Shown here piece by piece: positions 1-16,114 of a stretch of 64,000 bases of DNA. Below the pieces are notes generated by a model. The model ran no database searches, was not told where the DNA came from, and saw nothing but the letters and a program-made list of their open reading frames with translations. Origin of the DNA: the human T2T-CHM13v2.0 reference genome, Homo sapiens; assembly GCF_009914755.1 (NCBI RefSeq), contig NC_060937.1; one strand, 5' to 3'. Both the position numbers and the translations under genes were made by a program. Every line of letters begins with the position of its first letter. Position 1 is the stretch's first letter.

Positions 1-689
1 ATGATTGGCTCTACCATTTACAGTCACATCACAACCCGTACCACTTCAGATTCCTAGTCTGAAAAACGGGTATAATCTCCAAGAATTGTGAGATTCAAGT
101 AACAAACAACTGAGAGCTCCATGCCTGGGACATAGTAGACTCTCAATAAATATTTCTGAATGAACAAATGAACCAATGTGTTATGATACTATATGGTATT
201 ATTATTGTGCACAAAAAGAAGGTATGGAAAAGGGTAGTATTCTAGTGAATTCTATCACTGTAGTAAGGTCAAGTAACTTCCTTTTATCATCAAAGTCTTG
301 CATGTATTGCTTCCACTGCCATAACTGCCCTTCATAAACAAGTTTCCCAGGCATCTGTAATCCCACCTCCAACTTTGCAAGTTTATGTCTGGACCTGTTG
401 CCTTCTCTCTTTAGAACTATACATTCTGCGATGGTGAGGGTTGTGTCTTCACACTTCATGGACAGGCTTATAACCAACAAACCATGCAGAGGAGAAAACA
501 TGTCTAAGCCTTCCTCAGGCCCAGGCAGAATCCTCTGGTGCCAACACCTATGTGGTGGCAATGAAGGCGATTCCAGATTCTTTGGTAATGTTGAGGCAAA
601 AACATTTTGAGGACCTAGATGTGAACAGGCCCTCAAATTGGATACCTTTTTATTTGAAGGATATAAGATTCAGCAATACCCTCTGGACT

Positions 690-1195
690 ACAGTTTGTTA
701 ATTCAGGTCCTCAGATCCCAAAGGGATCCATGGATAGAATTCATGGAAGTTCTTGAATTCAGATGGAAAAAAATCAGATCTTTTGTCACCAGTATCTAAC
801 TGAAATTTAGCGTTTGCTTCAAGTAGGAATTTAGACAACAAATCATGGTAGCATTAGTAGTACTTACATATGTGTCACCAACAGAAATCACAGATATTTT
901 CATATCTCACTGCAATTCTTGTTATCTCAAAATATTATCTGTTTATCACCACTTTAAAATTAGTGGTCATTATGTGCTCTGCTAAATCCAATACAATGTG
1001 TTAATGAAGAAGCATGTATATTACCATAACACGAGTTTGTTTTAATAACTTGATAACTATTTCAATATAATCGGCTCCTTGTCATTCTATGTGTTTTATT
1101 TCATTCATTTACATATTTTACTCTGAGAAACAGTCCATGGACTTCAACAGACTACCAAAGATGTCCCTAGCACTAAAAAGGCTAAGAAGCCCTGC
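690..1195 (+). mobile_element. hAT-Charlie DNA transposon (Charlie4a-like), near full length
   Basis: GGATCCATGGATAGAATTCA...CTAACTGAAATTTAGC...AGAAATCACAGATATTTTCATATC...AAAAAGGCTAAGAAGCCCTG matches the recalled consensus. Confidence 0.75.
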
Positions 1196-1449
1196 TCCAA
1201 ACTATAATGCCCAACAATTAAAAGTATTATGCAAGTACAAATCCCATTACTTGAAGCACTTTTAACTATAAAGATGAAAACATTACTTGAGAATCTGCAA
1301 TCATTCTGATATGTAGGAATTATTTACATTGACTAAAAAGTTCTAAACTAATGGCCTGATTTACGTAATAGAGCAGCCTATGTATGAAACAGTCTGATTT
1401 GAGTTGTTATTACATTTTAGCACAGAGTTAAAAACATAAGTATTTCTAT

Positions 1450-2010
1450 CAAGGACTTGGCTTTGAAGTTTGTCTTGAATTTACTACCTGACCTTGGGCA
1501 AGTCGGTAAACCCAGCTAAGCCTTAGTTTTCTCATCTACAAAATGTTGAAAATACCTCCTCCTTCAAAGCATTATTAAGAGAATTAAATAATACATGCAA
1601 AATACTAAATAATGGATACAAAGTACTTAGCACAGTACCAGACATAATAAGTACTAAATAACTTACAGCAATGTTATTGTCCTATTTTACTTATTAATCT
1701 AAGTAAAACTTTATATTGAGTCTTTAAGATGATTTCTTTAAAGTATTCTATAATTAAAAGATAAGAGAGCATGTTGCTTCAGAATACAGACTCTAATGAC
1801 AGACTGCCTGGGTTTAAATTTTTTTGTACCACTTACAAGCTGTGTGCCTCTGGATAAGTTACTTAATTTCTCTGAGGTTTAGTTTTAGATCTGTAAAATA
1901 GGGAAAATAGTATCTATGCCATAGGGTTGTTATGAAGGTCAAATTAGTAACCACAGGTGAAGCACATTAAAACATGCCTAGAACATGATACTTTGTAATT
2001 ACTAGCTATT
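1450..2010 (+). mobile_element. Two MIR SINE fragments
   Basis: Core motifs ACCTTGGGCAAGTC...CCTTAGTTTTCTCATCTACAAAATG and GGATAAGTTACTTAATTTCTCTG...CTGTAAAATAGGG. Confidence 0.7.
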
Positions 2011-2390
2011 ATTACCAACAGTAATTATGTAATAGTTTCACGTCAAGTTACACAGGAGTCTTTCTTCCTCTTTAATCTGAATTTTAGTGAAAATTTCTTA
2101 TAAATGGAGTCAGCCACATTAATCATACTATTTGCATGAATGTATTTGACATCAATAAGAACAAGGCAGGGAATAAATTCAGCTACAATTATTTACAAGG
2201 AGGAATTAGGAAGACCCCATTTCCTTTGGCTTTGTAACCAAGTTAAAGCCCATACAAGAAAGATTCTCTGTAGTTTGAAATGCTTATTTTATGGCAACAG
2301 ATCTATGAATTACAGGAATAAACATAATTTTGCTTTTTTACCTTTGAACAGGTACAGAGAGGCACCTCTGTGCCCAAGGCTGGAGCTCAC

Positions 2391-2470
2391 CTTGGAGAAG
2401 AGAGCCATGGAAATGCTGGGCTTGGTGACAACAGCAAGGACAACATCAGCATCAAGTAGCAAAGATGCAC
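2391..2470 (-). other. Candidate exon (internal 80 nt, or 3' part of an alternative first exon)
   Basis: Strong donor AAG|GTGAGC. The acceptor GGGAAACAG|G has a poor pyrimidine tract. Unique sequence. Confidence 0.4.
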
Positions 2471-3789
2471 CTGTTTCCCAGCAGGGAACCAGCTTTGCTC
2501 CTCACGGGCAATTAGCAAGGTTTGACTTAATTTAAAGCCTACACAACCACTGATCTCTGAGAATATGACTGATGTTATTTTCTGTACTGAGAGTAACAGT
2601 AAAACAACAATAATGACAATAACAAGCACTTCACTCCTCTCCATCTTTTAAGGTAGTTGAGTAATTAGTAACTCAACAATTAGTCATCACAGCAAAACTA
2701 TGAAGCATGTAAAAGTATTCTCACCATCATCTTATTTCAGTTTTTTACTTATGAGCTTTAAGAATTCAGGATCCTTTGTTGAATTTATTAGTCCTCCCAA
2801 CATATAAGACAATGAATATTAGAGTCAAATTATGATACATACCCCAATAATTCGACTATACTCTAAAATTAATACACATCACCATCTCCAGGACTACCAA
2901 AAATGCAAATGCTGGCTGGATCTCATTTTTTTAAATTATAACAATTAAAAGGTTATTAAATCACCAGTGTTAAAAAGTCAGCAGCAATAAACCTTTAGGT
3001 TTTCACAAGATGCACACAGAGGTCTCCCTTGGAGATTTAGTTTTCCAACTCATAAGGCTGAAGGTCCACTCCCAGGAGGAAGAAAAAACAGGAAGCTTCT
3101 CCCCAGAGTAGGAAAATAAAATTTGGCATACTCTGGGTTTTAGTGACCAAAGATTATCAGGAAGTGGAAACATCTACAGTAGAATCAGTGCAGATGTGAT
3201 CATTAGAAGGCTCCATGCTTTGTGCCAGTATTATTATTTCCAGCATCCCTTAATAGTGTCAAAAGCATAACATTCCAGCTGAGGGATTAATAGCTGCCCT
3301 AACAACAGAGCACACAGCAGGCTTTCAACACAGCAGGGGGCTTTTCAAAACACCCTAGGGTAGATAGGCCTGGTCTTTAGTGCTTGTACCATGGCTCAAC
3401 TACACTGAGATACCTTCCAAGTCTCCAAGTATGAAGCTTGGTTCTCAACTCCACTCTGATGTGATTCTGCAGTGTAGCACCTTTACAATTCAGATTAAGG
3501 CAAGATCTCTGATCTGGAACCTTTTGTCAAACGAGTCTTGGAACAAGACTGACAGATGTCCCCTCTACATCAACAGGTAGGGTAAGGCAAAGACAGGAGA
3601 GAAACCCAGAAATGTATATACATGTGTATGCAGCTACACAGTTGACACGTGGTGCATAATGTTCCATGCGATCAAATTTCTTTCAGGCCCATTCAAAACA
3701 AAATAGTTGCATGGGAAGTAATAACAGAGAACCTTTACTGGTTGGAAATTCTCCTCTTATTTAACTAAAATCCTACATATCCTTAATCA

Positions 3790-4255
3790 CTGTAGTTTAG
3801 CATTCATTCTAGTGAGAATAATCTTCCTGGAACACAAACGTGGCCTGTTACTCCTCAGATTAGACACCTTCAGTGGCTCCCCTGGGCCTACAGGCTAAAA
3901 TCCTAACACTTTGGGATGACAAACAAGACCTCTGGTTTGGACCTTACCTACCTCTCTAGCTTCATTTACCTCTCTGGCTGCCAGGACCCCACATTCCTCG
4001 TAAGTCCCCAAATTATCTGTCATGCTCCTTCTTATCTCTCAATGCTTACTGGCAATATCTCTGCACCTAGAATGTTTTGTCTTTGTAGCATTTCAACAAA
4101 TGCCTATTCATCTTTCCCAGCTCAGCTAAGGTCAGCCACCCTTGTAAAGCCTTTACCAACTTTCCTTTCCCAGGAGAGACCCACTGCTTTTCTTGGACTA
4201 ACAGAATCTCCTGCATCACTGCTCTTCTGGTTGCCACAGCACTTTACTGCACTGG
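3790..4255 (+). mobile_element. L2 LINE fragment
   Basis: CCTTCAGTGGCTCCCC...AAAATCCTAAC and other degenerate L2 3'-region motifs. Confidence 0.55.
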
Positions 4256-6430
<2,175 letters not shown>

Positions 6431-6889
6431 GGACACTGGAATTAAGAATTAAGATCAACATTTTGATGCCTAAGGGGACAAAAGAAGTTGTTCACAACTA
6501 CCCATAGGGAAAGACACGCTGTGGAAACACATTTGCTCAGGAGAGAGGAGAAATAGAGCTATATACTCAGCATTTATATTTCTATGCCTTTGGCCTAGAT
6601 AGTTTGAGCCTTTAAGCCCATCAGTCAAGTGATATGGGAAAAATTCAAATATGTAGTATCTATGGTTTTTCCTAAAACAGTTTCTGAAATGTGAAACAGT
6701 ATAATCACTAACCACATAAGAGAAACTCAGGGGCCTATTAAGAGTAATACGTCACCTTTCTTTTGGTCTTGATTCTTTTCAGTTGGTTTCTGCTTTTTTC
6801 CTTATCCAATTACGACCAGATTTCCTTAATAGGAATCTAGTCCTGACATTTCAGAGACATAAACTGATGTATTTCTTCTGTGTATATAA

Positions 6890-7812
<923 letters not shown>

Positions 7813-9099
7813 TGAGTGACTGGTCTTAGACTCCTGACTCTAAAATCTGCATATTAATGTATGCCTGTATAACTAAATCTGCTTATGTTCTTATTGATCC
7901 TGCATCTGTAAATAAAATGCTGGCTTAACAATGCAGCATTTCCTGCTTGCTGCATTGATTCTCCACAATAGAAAACTCAGAGGTCACATGTTTCTCCATC
8001 CTTCAATTCACCAGAATTCTATCTGCTCAGGAGATTAAAAAAAAAAAAAGATACCATTGTTATAAACTCCAGAACACAAAACACTTCTCCATTCCACACA
8101 GAAAAAAATCAATGCATGTTCCTCATTTCCTAATTGAAAGGATTTTTGGTTAAACATGAGCTTTTACAGCTTCCTCCACATCTCCATATGACCATCACTG
8201 TCAGAACCATCATCTTTGAGTATGAATGACATGCTATATGAAGGGCAGAGAGAAATAGACACCAGGAGAAAAACATACAGAAATAACATCAAAGAGTGAA
8301 ATCTGGTCAAAATTCCCTAACCTGCTTCTTGTCTCTCCAGGTTGTGTCACAGTCATTCAGGAGGCCTCGGGCACTGCTTTGTTCAGGGGCTCATGTACCC
8401 GTGAAGCTCTAACACCTCTCACTCCTGCATGCTCTCTCTCTCTCACTCACTCTAAATAACCACTTGTGGGCCTTACATTTCTTTCCTATAAAAAATCTTT
8501 AATGTTTTTACAATTATAATACATGTTGACGGTATAAAATTAGAAAGCCCAATTAAGCCTAGATAAGCAAACTAAAATCATCATTAAATCTAGTACTCAG
8601 AGACTACCACTCCTAACATCTGGTACATATCCTCCCACACTTTTCTCCTCTGTTAAAACATTTTCAACAAAAATAAAATTATAAAATCATCCACAATTGT
8701 TTTCTAAGTTCTAAAATAGGTAAAATGGCAAGAATACATGTTGATTACTTTCTGGTATGATCTTAGCAAAACCAGTAAAGCATTAGAGATAATTGGACCT
8801 TAAGCCAAAGCCATAAAATAATTATGATGTGAGACCTGAACTATCTCCAGCCAGCCCATGGTTCATTACCAAGATGAGCAGAATTAACTAGCAAATAAAG
8901 AAATACCTTACTAACTAAAAATCAGAACACCATCCCTCAGCCAGGTCATATGAGACAGTCCAGTCCACAGACAAAGCTTTAAGCAGGCTATAAATATATG
9001 TGGTTGACACATTCGGGGTGACATAGTGGAAAAGAGTTGAGGCTGAATTGTTCCTGGTGAGAAGAACAAAAACTTAAGTGCCAGAGGTCCAAAGAAAAA

Positions 9100-9388
9100 G
9101 GCTGGGCATGGTGGCTCATGCCTGTAATCCCAGCACTTGGGAGGCCAAGGCAGGTGGATCACTTGAGCCCAGGAGTTTGAGACCAGCCTGGACACTATGG
9201 CAAAACCCCATCTCTACATGATATATAGAAATTAGCTACCTGTGGTGGCTCATGCCTGCAGTTCCAGCTACTCCTCAGGAGGCTGAGGTGGGAGAATCAC
9301 CTGAGTCTTGCAGAGGGTCAAGGCCGCAGTGAACCGGGATCGTACCACTGCACTCCGGCCTGGGCGACAGAGCGAGACCCTGTCACAA
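9100..9388 (+). mobile_element. AluJ
   Basis: TTGAGCCCAGGAGTTTGAGACC and GGTCAAGGCCGCAGTGA. Confidence 0.9.
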
Positions 9389-9512
9389 GGAGAGAAGAGG
9401 GTTGAGGAGGGGTGAGGAGGGGAGGGGAGGGGAGGGGAAGGGGAGGGGAAGGGAGAGAGGGAAAGGAGAGGGGAGGGAAAGGAGAGGGGAGGGGAGGGGA
9501 GGCAGAGAGAGA
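9389..9512 (+). repeat. GA-rich polypurine tract
   Basis: (GGGGA)n/(GA)n run in place of the Alu tail. Confidence 0.9.
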
Positions 9513-9828
9513 GATGTGCATGAAGTGGAGATGCAACACACCACTGGCCATTTTTATGTGCATCCGTGTGTCTCATTGGACTGGGAGCTCTCAGCAGGTA
9601 TCTTATTCCTCTCTTTTATCTCCAGTGCCTAGTACTTAGTAAGGATTTGCTCATTAGGGGCTATCCCAGAAGCAGTTGAGCTGAAATTGGACAGGCAGGA
9701 ACAAGTCTGCATTATGCATGTTACAAAAAAGATGAAAATTACCTTCTCTAGTTATAACTGTCCCACTGTGATTTAGGCAAAAGCCATCCTGGATATGTCA
9801 CAGGTAAATGTTTGTAAATAAGCAGGAT

Positions 9829-9947
9829 ATACTTGGGAGGCTGAGGTAAGAGGATCCTTTAAGCCCAGGGTTCCAACCCTGGACAACATAGTGAGACTGT
9901 GTCTCAACAACAACAACAACAACAAAAAAAAAAAAAAAAAAAAAAAA
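9829..9947 (+). mobile_element. Alu monomer fragment with (CAA)n and poly-A tail
   Basis: TACTTGGGAGGCTGAGG...GTGAGACTGTGTCTC followed by the tail. Confidence 0.8.
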
Positions 9948-10119
9948 GCTGGATAATTTTAGGGTTGTAAGCATCGTTAATCCAATTTCTTAACATAGAC
10001 ATATAATATTGATTTTCAAACTCCCAGCTGAATATTTTTCCCCTAAAACATACTGTTTCCAAGGTTAATGTGTGTTATGAAAGATAAAAATGTATGGGAG
10101 ATAATTATACGAGAGACCT

Positions 10120-10500
10120 GATATGGTGGATTAATTGCAAAATGGCCCTCAATTCTCTGCTCCTCTTTGTATCCATTCCCTCTGATATCTGACTTTGCAA
10201 CTCCTCCCATCAAGAGGTAGGGTCAATTTCCCCATCCCTTGAACCTGGATTGGCTTTGTGACTTGCTTTGAAAACAGGATACAGGGGGAGTGAAAGTGTG
10301 CCAGTTCTGAGACTAGGTCTCCAAAGGTCTTGTGAGCTTCTCCTCTCTCAGAATTCTGCCTACCACCAAGCTGGCCAGCTGGATGATGAGACACATGTGG
10401 TTGTGTGGCTTGGCCATCTCATCACTCCAGCTTTCAGTCAGCCAACCACCAGACATGTGAGTGAGGACACCCTCAACCAGCCGGCTCTGAGCCACTCTGT
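10120..10500 (+). mobile_element. MLT1 (F/G-like) MaLR LTR, partial
   Basis: GCAACTCCTCCCATCAAGAGGT...CCCTTGAACCTGG...GTGACTTGCTTTG...GTGTGCCAGTTCTGAG. Confidence 0.75.
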
Positions 10501-10529
10501 CATGTTAGCACAGATGCATGGCATTTCAG

Positions 10530-11640
10530 CAAAGAATTAGGGAAATGCAAATTAAAGCCATAGAGAGGTATCAATACACACCTATCAGAGTGGCTAAAAT
10601 AAAAAATGACAACACCAAATGTTGGTCAGGATGCAGAGAAACAAAGCCATTTTACACTACAAGTGAGAATGTAAAATGGTACAACTGCGGAAAGCATTTT
10701 AAAAGTTTCTTATAACACTAAACACGCAATTACCTACTAGTACACTCTTGGTCATTTATCCCAAAAATGTATGACTTTTTTTTTCATCCAGCCAAATAAA
10801 AACCTATGTTCAAACAAAAACCTGTACAGGAATGTCCATCACAACTTTATTCACAGTAGTCAAAAACTGGAAACTGGAAACAACACAGAAGTCTCTCAAC
10901 AGATTGGCCGGGTGCGGTGGGTCACGCCTGTAATCCCAGCACTTTGGGAGACCAAGGCAAGCAGATTACTTCAGGTCAGGAGTTCCAGACCAGCCTGGCC
11001 AACATGGTTGAAACCCAATCTCTACTAAAAATACAAAAATTACCCAGGTGTGGTGGTGTGTGCCTATAATCCCAGCTACTCAAGAGGCTGAGGCAGAAGA
11101 ATTGCTTGAAGCTAGGAGGCAGAGGTTGCAGTGAGCCAAGATCACATCACTGCACTCCAGCCTGGGTGACAGAGTGAGACTCCTCTCAAAAAAAAACAAA
11201 AAAACAAAAAACAGATAAATGTTTAAAAACCTGGATTACTCCTCAGCAATAAAATGGAACAAATTATAAATACACACAATAACTTAGATAAATCTCCAGG
11301 TAGTTATGCTGAGAGGAAAAAAAAAGACAATCTCGAAAGGCTGAACACTGTGTTTATATAACATTCTTGACATGACAAAATTATAGAAATGGTGAACAGA
11401 TCTGTTGCCAGTTCACAGACAGAGGGACAAGAAGAGAGGAAGGTGGATGTGCATAGAAGGCCAGCATGAGGATCCCTGTTGGATGAAAGTGTCCTGTATC
11501 TATGTCAGTATCCTGACTGTGATATTGCACTACAGTTTTGTAAGATATGACTATTTGGAGAAATTAAGTACAAGGAATCTCTTTGCATTATTTCTTATAG
11601 CTGTGTAGGAATCTATATCTCAAAATAAGTTTAATTTAAA
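10530..11640 (+). mobile_element. L1MD/MC-type 3' fragment with a nested Alu
   Basis: TTAGGGAAATGCAAATTAAA...; 3' end ATCTCTTTGCATTATTTCTTA...TCTCAAAATAAGTTTAATTTAAA. Confidence 0.8.
10906..11211 (+). mobile_element. AluS
   Basis: Full dimer with flanking AACAGAT duplication. Confidence 0.95.
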
Positions 11641-11830
11641 CTAATTACCTGAATGGCTTTGGGCAGGTTACTAATCCTAAGCCCTGGTTTCCTTATCTGT
11701 AAAATGGGGGAAAATAGGACTTAATGAGGCTTAAATTAGACGATTAAATGATGTTTACAGTATTCTTAGTGCATGATTAGTATTCAATAAATGTTACTGT
11801 TGATATTTGTAGTAATAGTAACAACAGTCA
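11641..11830 (+). mobile_element. MIR
   Basis: TTTGGGCAGGTTACT...GTTTCCTTATCTGTAAAATGGGG. Confidence 0.7.
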
Positions 11831-12047
11831 ATAAACATAGTCATAAATTCAAAATTTTATTTGTTAAAGTTCTACCAGATTTGGCAGGGATGGCAGCAAG
11901 GCAGACAGCAGTCTGAGCAAAGGAAAGGACGCTCTGTTTGCTCAAGGTCTAGAAAACCAAGAAAAACAGCTCTACCTTACAAACAGCTAGAGAATGAAAC
12001 AGAAAGTTAAGTAAGTGAAAACCTGGCCCCTGGAACTGATAAGTTTC

Positions 12048-12349
12048 TTTTTTTTTTTTTTTTTTTTTGAGACTGAGTCTCTCTGTGTCACACAGGCTAG
12101 AGTGCAGTGGTGCCATCTTGGCTCACTGCAACCTCTGCCTCCTGGGTTCAAGCTGTTCCTGCCTGAGCCTCCTAAATAGCTGGGATTACAGGCGCCTGCC
12201 ACCACGCCCGGCTAATTTTTTGTATTTTTAGTAGAGACACGGTTTCACCATGTTGGCCATGCTGATCTCAAACTCCTGACCTCAAGTGATCCACCTGCCT
12301 CAGCCTCCCAAAGTTCTGGGATTACAGATGTGAGCCACTGCTCCCAGCT
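12048..12349 (-). mobile_element. AluS
   Basis: Full dimer with target-site duplication (TSD) GAACTGAT(A/C)AGTTTCT. Confidence 0.95.
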
Positions 12350-12799
12350 GCTTGAACTGATCAGTTTCTATAAAGCTATGTAAGTAAACATATATCCAAA
12401 GAGTCATAGAACCTCGGAGTTAAATTAGAACTTAACTCACTGAACTTTTTCAACCCCTCATGCTATACTGAAACAGTCTCCACAATATCTGATAAAGTTG
12501 TTTTCTTAACTTCTAGTGATGAAGCCACTATCTTGCAGAGTAAAATATAATTGTTTAACTCTACATCAGAGGATGACACTCTAAACTGCACATCAGAATC
12601 ATTTGATAAACATTTTAAAAATAAGAGTTTAATGATTTTCAAAGGTATGACTTTTTTTCATCACCTTGGAAGATGTCTCTTCAGTGTGTAGATACAGGCA
12701 ACAGTTAAAGATACTGTATTTACTTCTTGGATGATGTCTTAATCCAGCCAGACTACAGCATAATCAAGCTGCATCATATTAGGGCATATCCACCCACCC

Positions 12800-12960
12800 A
12801 TCCATTCATTTAACAAGTAATTACTGAGCATCTTCTATGTGTTAAGACACCATGTTAGATGCTGGAGCTACAACTGTAAGCAAGAGTGGCATAGTCTCTG
12901 CCTTCATAAAATGTCTATCAAGAGAAGAAAATAACTGCTTCATTATCACAAAATTATGCA
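12800..12960 (-). mobile_element. L2 3' end
   Basis: CATTCATTTAACAAGTAATTACTGAGCATCTTCTATGTG. Confidence 0.7.
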
Positions 12961-14680
12961 CAATGGTGGAGATTAAAGAGGGGCTTTGGGAATACCTCAT
13001 AGGATGCAGAAGCATCTACTTGTCTGAAAGGTTATCAACAATAAGACTCTCTTCCCTATAGGAATACACTGAGAAAATATAGACCAACTCTTTTTTCATT
13101 AGATAATGAAAAGAAACTCCTCATTTGTCTGCCATCATGAAAGAATATCCTGGTCTAAGTGCACTTTGTAGAAGGCTAGAATGTATCACCTTGTACTAAA
13201 GGTTTATTTAACATTTCTAAAACCAAGTCCTTCTAAAATGCAACATTAGGTACTGCCCTGAATCACTAAAATAGACAAATGATTGTAATTTATACTATTT
13301 TCAGTGCTCCTGGTAATCCTCATGAATGTTAGTACTATGTATTTATACCAGGAAGACACAGAACTCTCTGAGGGATGTAGAGGAACAGAACTCCCACTGC
13401 ATGCTGTCCCCTGCCATCTGTCCATGCCCTCCCCCGAATGCCTGGAACCCAACGTGTGCATGTTTGCCCCACACTAAACATCCCTGGATCAGTGATGCAT
13501 TCTGTTTTCTTTAGGGCCCGTTGACTCCATTAGCACTTGTCCACACTGCCCACCTCTGCCATCATCCCTCCCTTCTATCCTGCTCTCTTCAGCTAAATTG
13601 TTCTTCTCCTTGCATTTTATAAGCTGGAACATAAATAAAAATTTCCAAGGGAATCCAAACAACTGTCATCATATATAAAGTAAAAAGACTCTTTGCCCAA
13701 AACAAAGTTCACATGCACAGAATTTGTGGAAAATATTTTCAGTGGGACAAGAGGCACTGCACTTTCCTGACTTTATTCCAGGATCACAGATATTCCAAAA
13801 GCATTAAAGTGGAAAAAAAAAAAAAAAACAAGCAAACAAGCAAGCAGATGCCACCTGCCTGGCAATGAGCATTATGTCAATTATGATTAGGATTATACAG
13901 AATTTTCCCTAGAAGAAGCTCAAACATTTGTACTATTATCTCCCTTATTTTCCCTAAATTCCTGGGATATGAAAAAGGCAAGTACAATTATTATTATTTT
14001 GAGAGGGAAGCTGAGACCACCAAGATTCTAAGTGAGCTGCCCAAAGTCACAGAAAGAGGCCCAAAGGTCTTCCTGCCTTCCTGTCCTCATTCTCCTTCCA
14101 GGAAACAATGCTCCCGGAGCAGAGATGCCCACAAGATACCTAATTTTCCCCTCAGGTATAGAAAAATTGAGGCAAGAGAATGCAAATTCCTCAGCACTAA
14201 AACCAGTGAAAATTTTTAATAGACATTTTCAATCTGAAGGAAACCACCTTTATTTCATACAAAAACACATGGAACTACCTCAGACGATAAAGAAAATACC
14301 CTCATGTTTCTAAATTTGCCACATGGACTCATCACATTTCCAAACACCTTGAAATTACTTCAGATAAATGCAGTAACTCTCAGAGCACTTTTTATACAGA
14401 GAAAAAACACACTGTTCTGTGAGAGTATAAAAAACTACCTACACACTTCCACAGAAATGACTCTGCATTAGCATGTTACAAATATCAACTCCCTGCCCAC
14501 TATCTCTGGATGTCTGCTCACTTTTCAGCATGAGACTAGATTGTTTTCAGAAGAATTTCATTTTGTTGGGAGAGCCTTTCCTTGCTCTTCAACTTGAGGG
14601 ACTGTAGGTCCTCCTTCTTCGCCTCTGCATCTGCTGAATTTACTCAGGATTCTTGGAATATAACATTTTAAAGTGCTCAC

Positions 14681-14789
14681 CATGTTCTTGCAGCTTTAAG
14701 CCAAATCTGTGTCTCCTTCCAGCTCCAATTAGTAAAATATTACAAACTTTTACAGGAAAGGAATTGGAAAGATCATTCCAAGTAGTCAG
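14681..14789 (-). other. Internal 109-nt exon of the minus-strand gene, ending in ATG
   Basis: Strong acceptor TTGCTCTTTCTCTTCCTGTTCTACAG|C and donor AACATG|GTGAGC. Alternative donors further downstream (near 14521 and 14420) are possible. Confidence 0.68.
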
Positions 14790-16114
14790 CTGTAGAACAG
14801 GAAGAGAAAGAGCAATAAAAAACAATAAAATAAAATAAAAGTGTGTCTCTGCTCTTCTCTAGGGTCATGCTGCCTCCTCCTACAAATATAATTAATGCAT
14901 ATTCTCCTTGTCTGCTTTTTCTAAACCATATGTCCTATAAAACTGGACTTACTGGTACAAGGAGAAGGGTAATGTTTAATGTGCATGGGTGTATCTGAGA
15001 TGGATAGGGCTGCTGAGATATGTCTTGAGGGATAGCTCAGTGTTGGCAAAAGTCTGAAGAATTCATCTGGCAACATCTCGATTAAGCGGGAAACTCATAA
15101 ATTAAAGCAGCTCAGGGGCAATTTAAACTTCATTACCCAGGTCGGTCTGGAGCTCTAGGATGAATGTAAACTACAGATGTAGCCACTTCCATTTCCTCTA
15201 AGCAAACATCTCCCTCCAGTTTTCCCATTGCTCCCTGTGCTGTCAACAGCCTACTATTGAGAAGAGGGAAAGGTGTGCAAGTTGGGAGCTATTATTCGTT
15301 CCACAGGACAGCCACGTTTCAGTCTTCTCAGATAATTAGGGGTAGATAAATTAAGCTTCACAATCAGATTTGAGTTTCTTATCAATTTTCTCACATATAT
15401 AGTTAACTATGAGATAAAATTTGAATTTAACTCCCTACGATTGTCCCTCTATGTCTTTTAAGTGGTAGTACTAGTAAGCATTGCACTAATCAAAACACAA
15501 TATAGAAAGAAATGGAGAAGCACAACCTAAGTCTCTAGCCTCCAGTAAATGTAAGCCAGTGGCATCCATTTTCACCAGATGAAAGTTAATAATCTGGGAC
15601 AAGCACTCACTCGGAATCCTAGAGTATTGAAAATGCACTCATGGTAGCCAGCTGTGGGAATTAGGCAAGATATTTACTTCTTACTATTGACAATGCAAAA
15701 CAATGCTTAGTCTACCTAAAGTCAGAATATACTTTTTAAAAAGAAAGTGTCACATATGAAGCCTCTGAAGCATTACAAGAAATATTTATGGGAAATTTCT
15801 ATATTTGTTAATGTAATTAGAAAGGTGTCTAAGTGATTCAATCCGTTCTCAATTAGCCCTACTAATGGAAGTTAATCAATGCAATGGATAGCTGAAAAAG
15901 GCAAACTGTGTAAATATGGCTAATAAATTAACTCTCTTTATTAATGGTATATGATGCATTGAATCTTCTTCATATTTAACTGAAATCGTCATTTTTGGAG
16001 AAGTTGAAAATCTTAGAAAATAATTTTATTCAACCTTCTTACTTTTCATCCGAGGGAAGTTAGGCTTAAAATGTTTCAGGCAATTACAGTTTGCTAAGTG
16101 GAAGAGTTAGGCCT

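Noticed and set aside
202-636. 144-aa minus-strand ORF
   Set aside because: It has a non-ATG start, no recognisable domain and no convincing flanking splice sites.
2387-2644. 85-aa ORF with a hydrophobic N-terminus (VLVIVIIVVLLLL)
   Set aside because: The hydrophobic run comes from low-complexity (TTG/TTA)-rich sequence. Only the 3' 80 nt were kept as a candidate exon.
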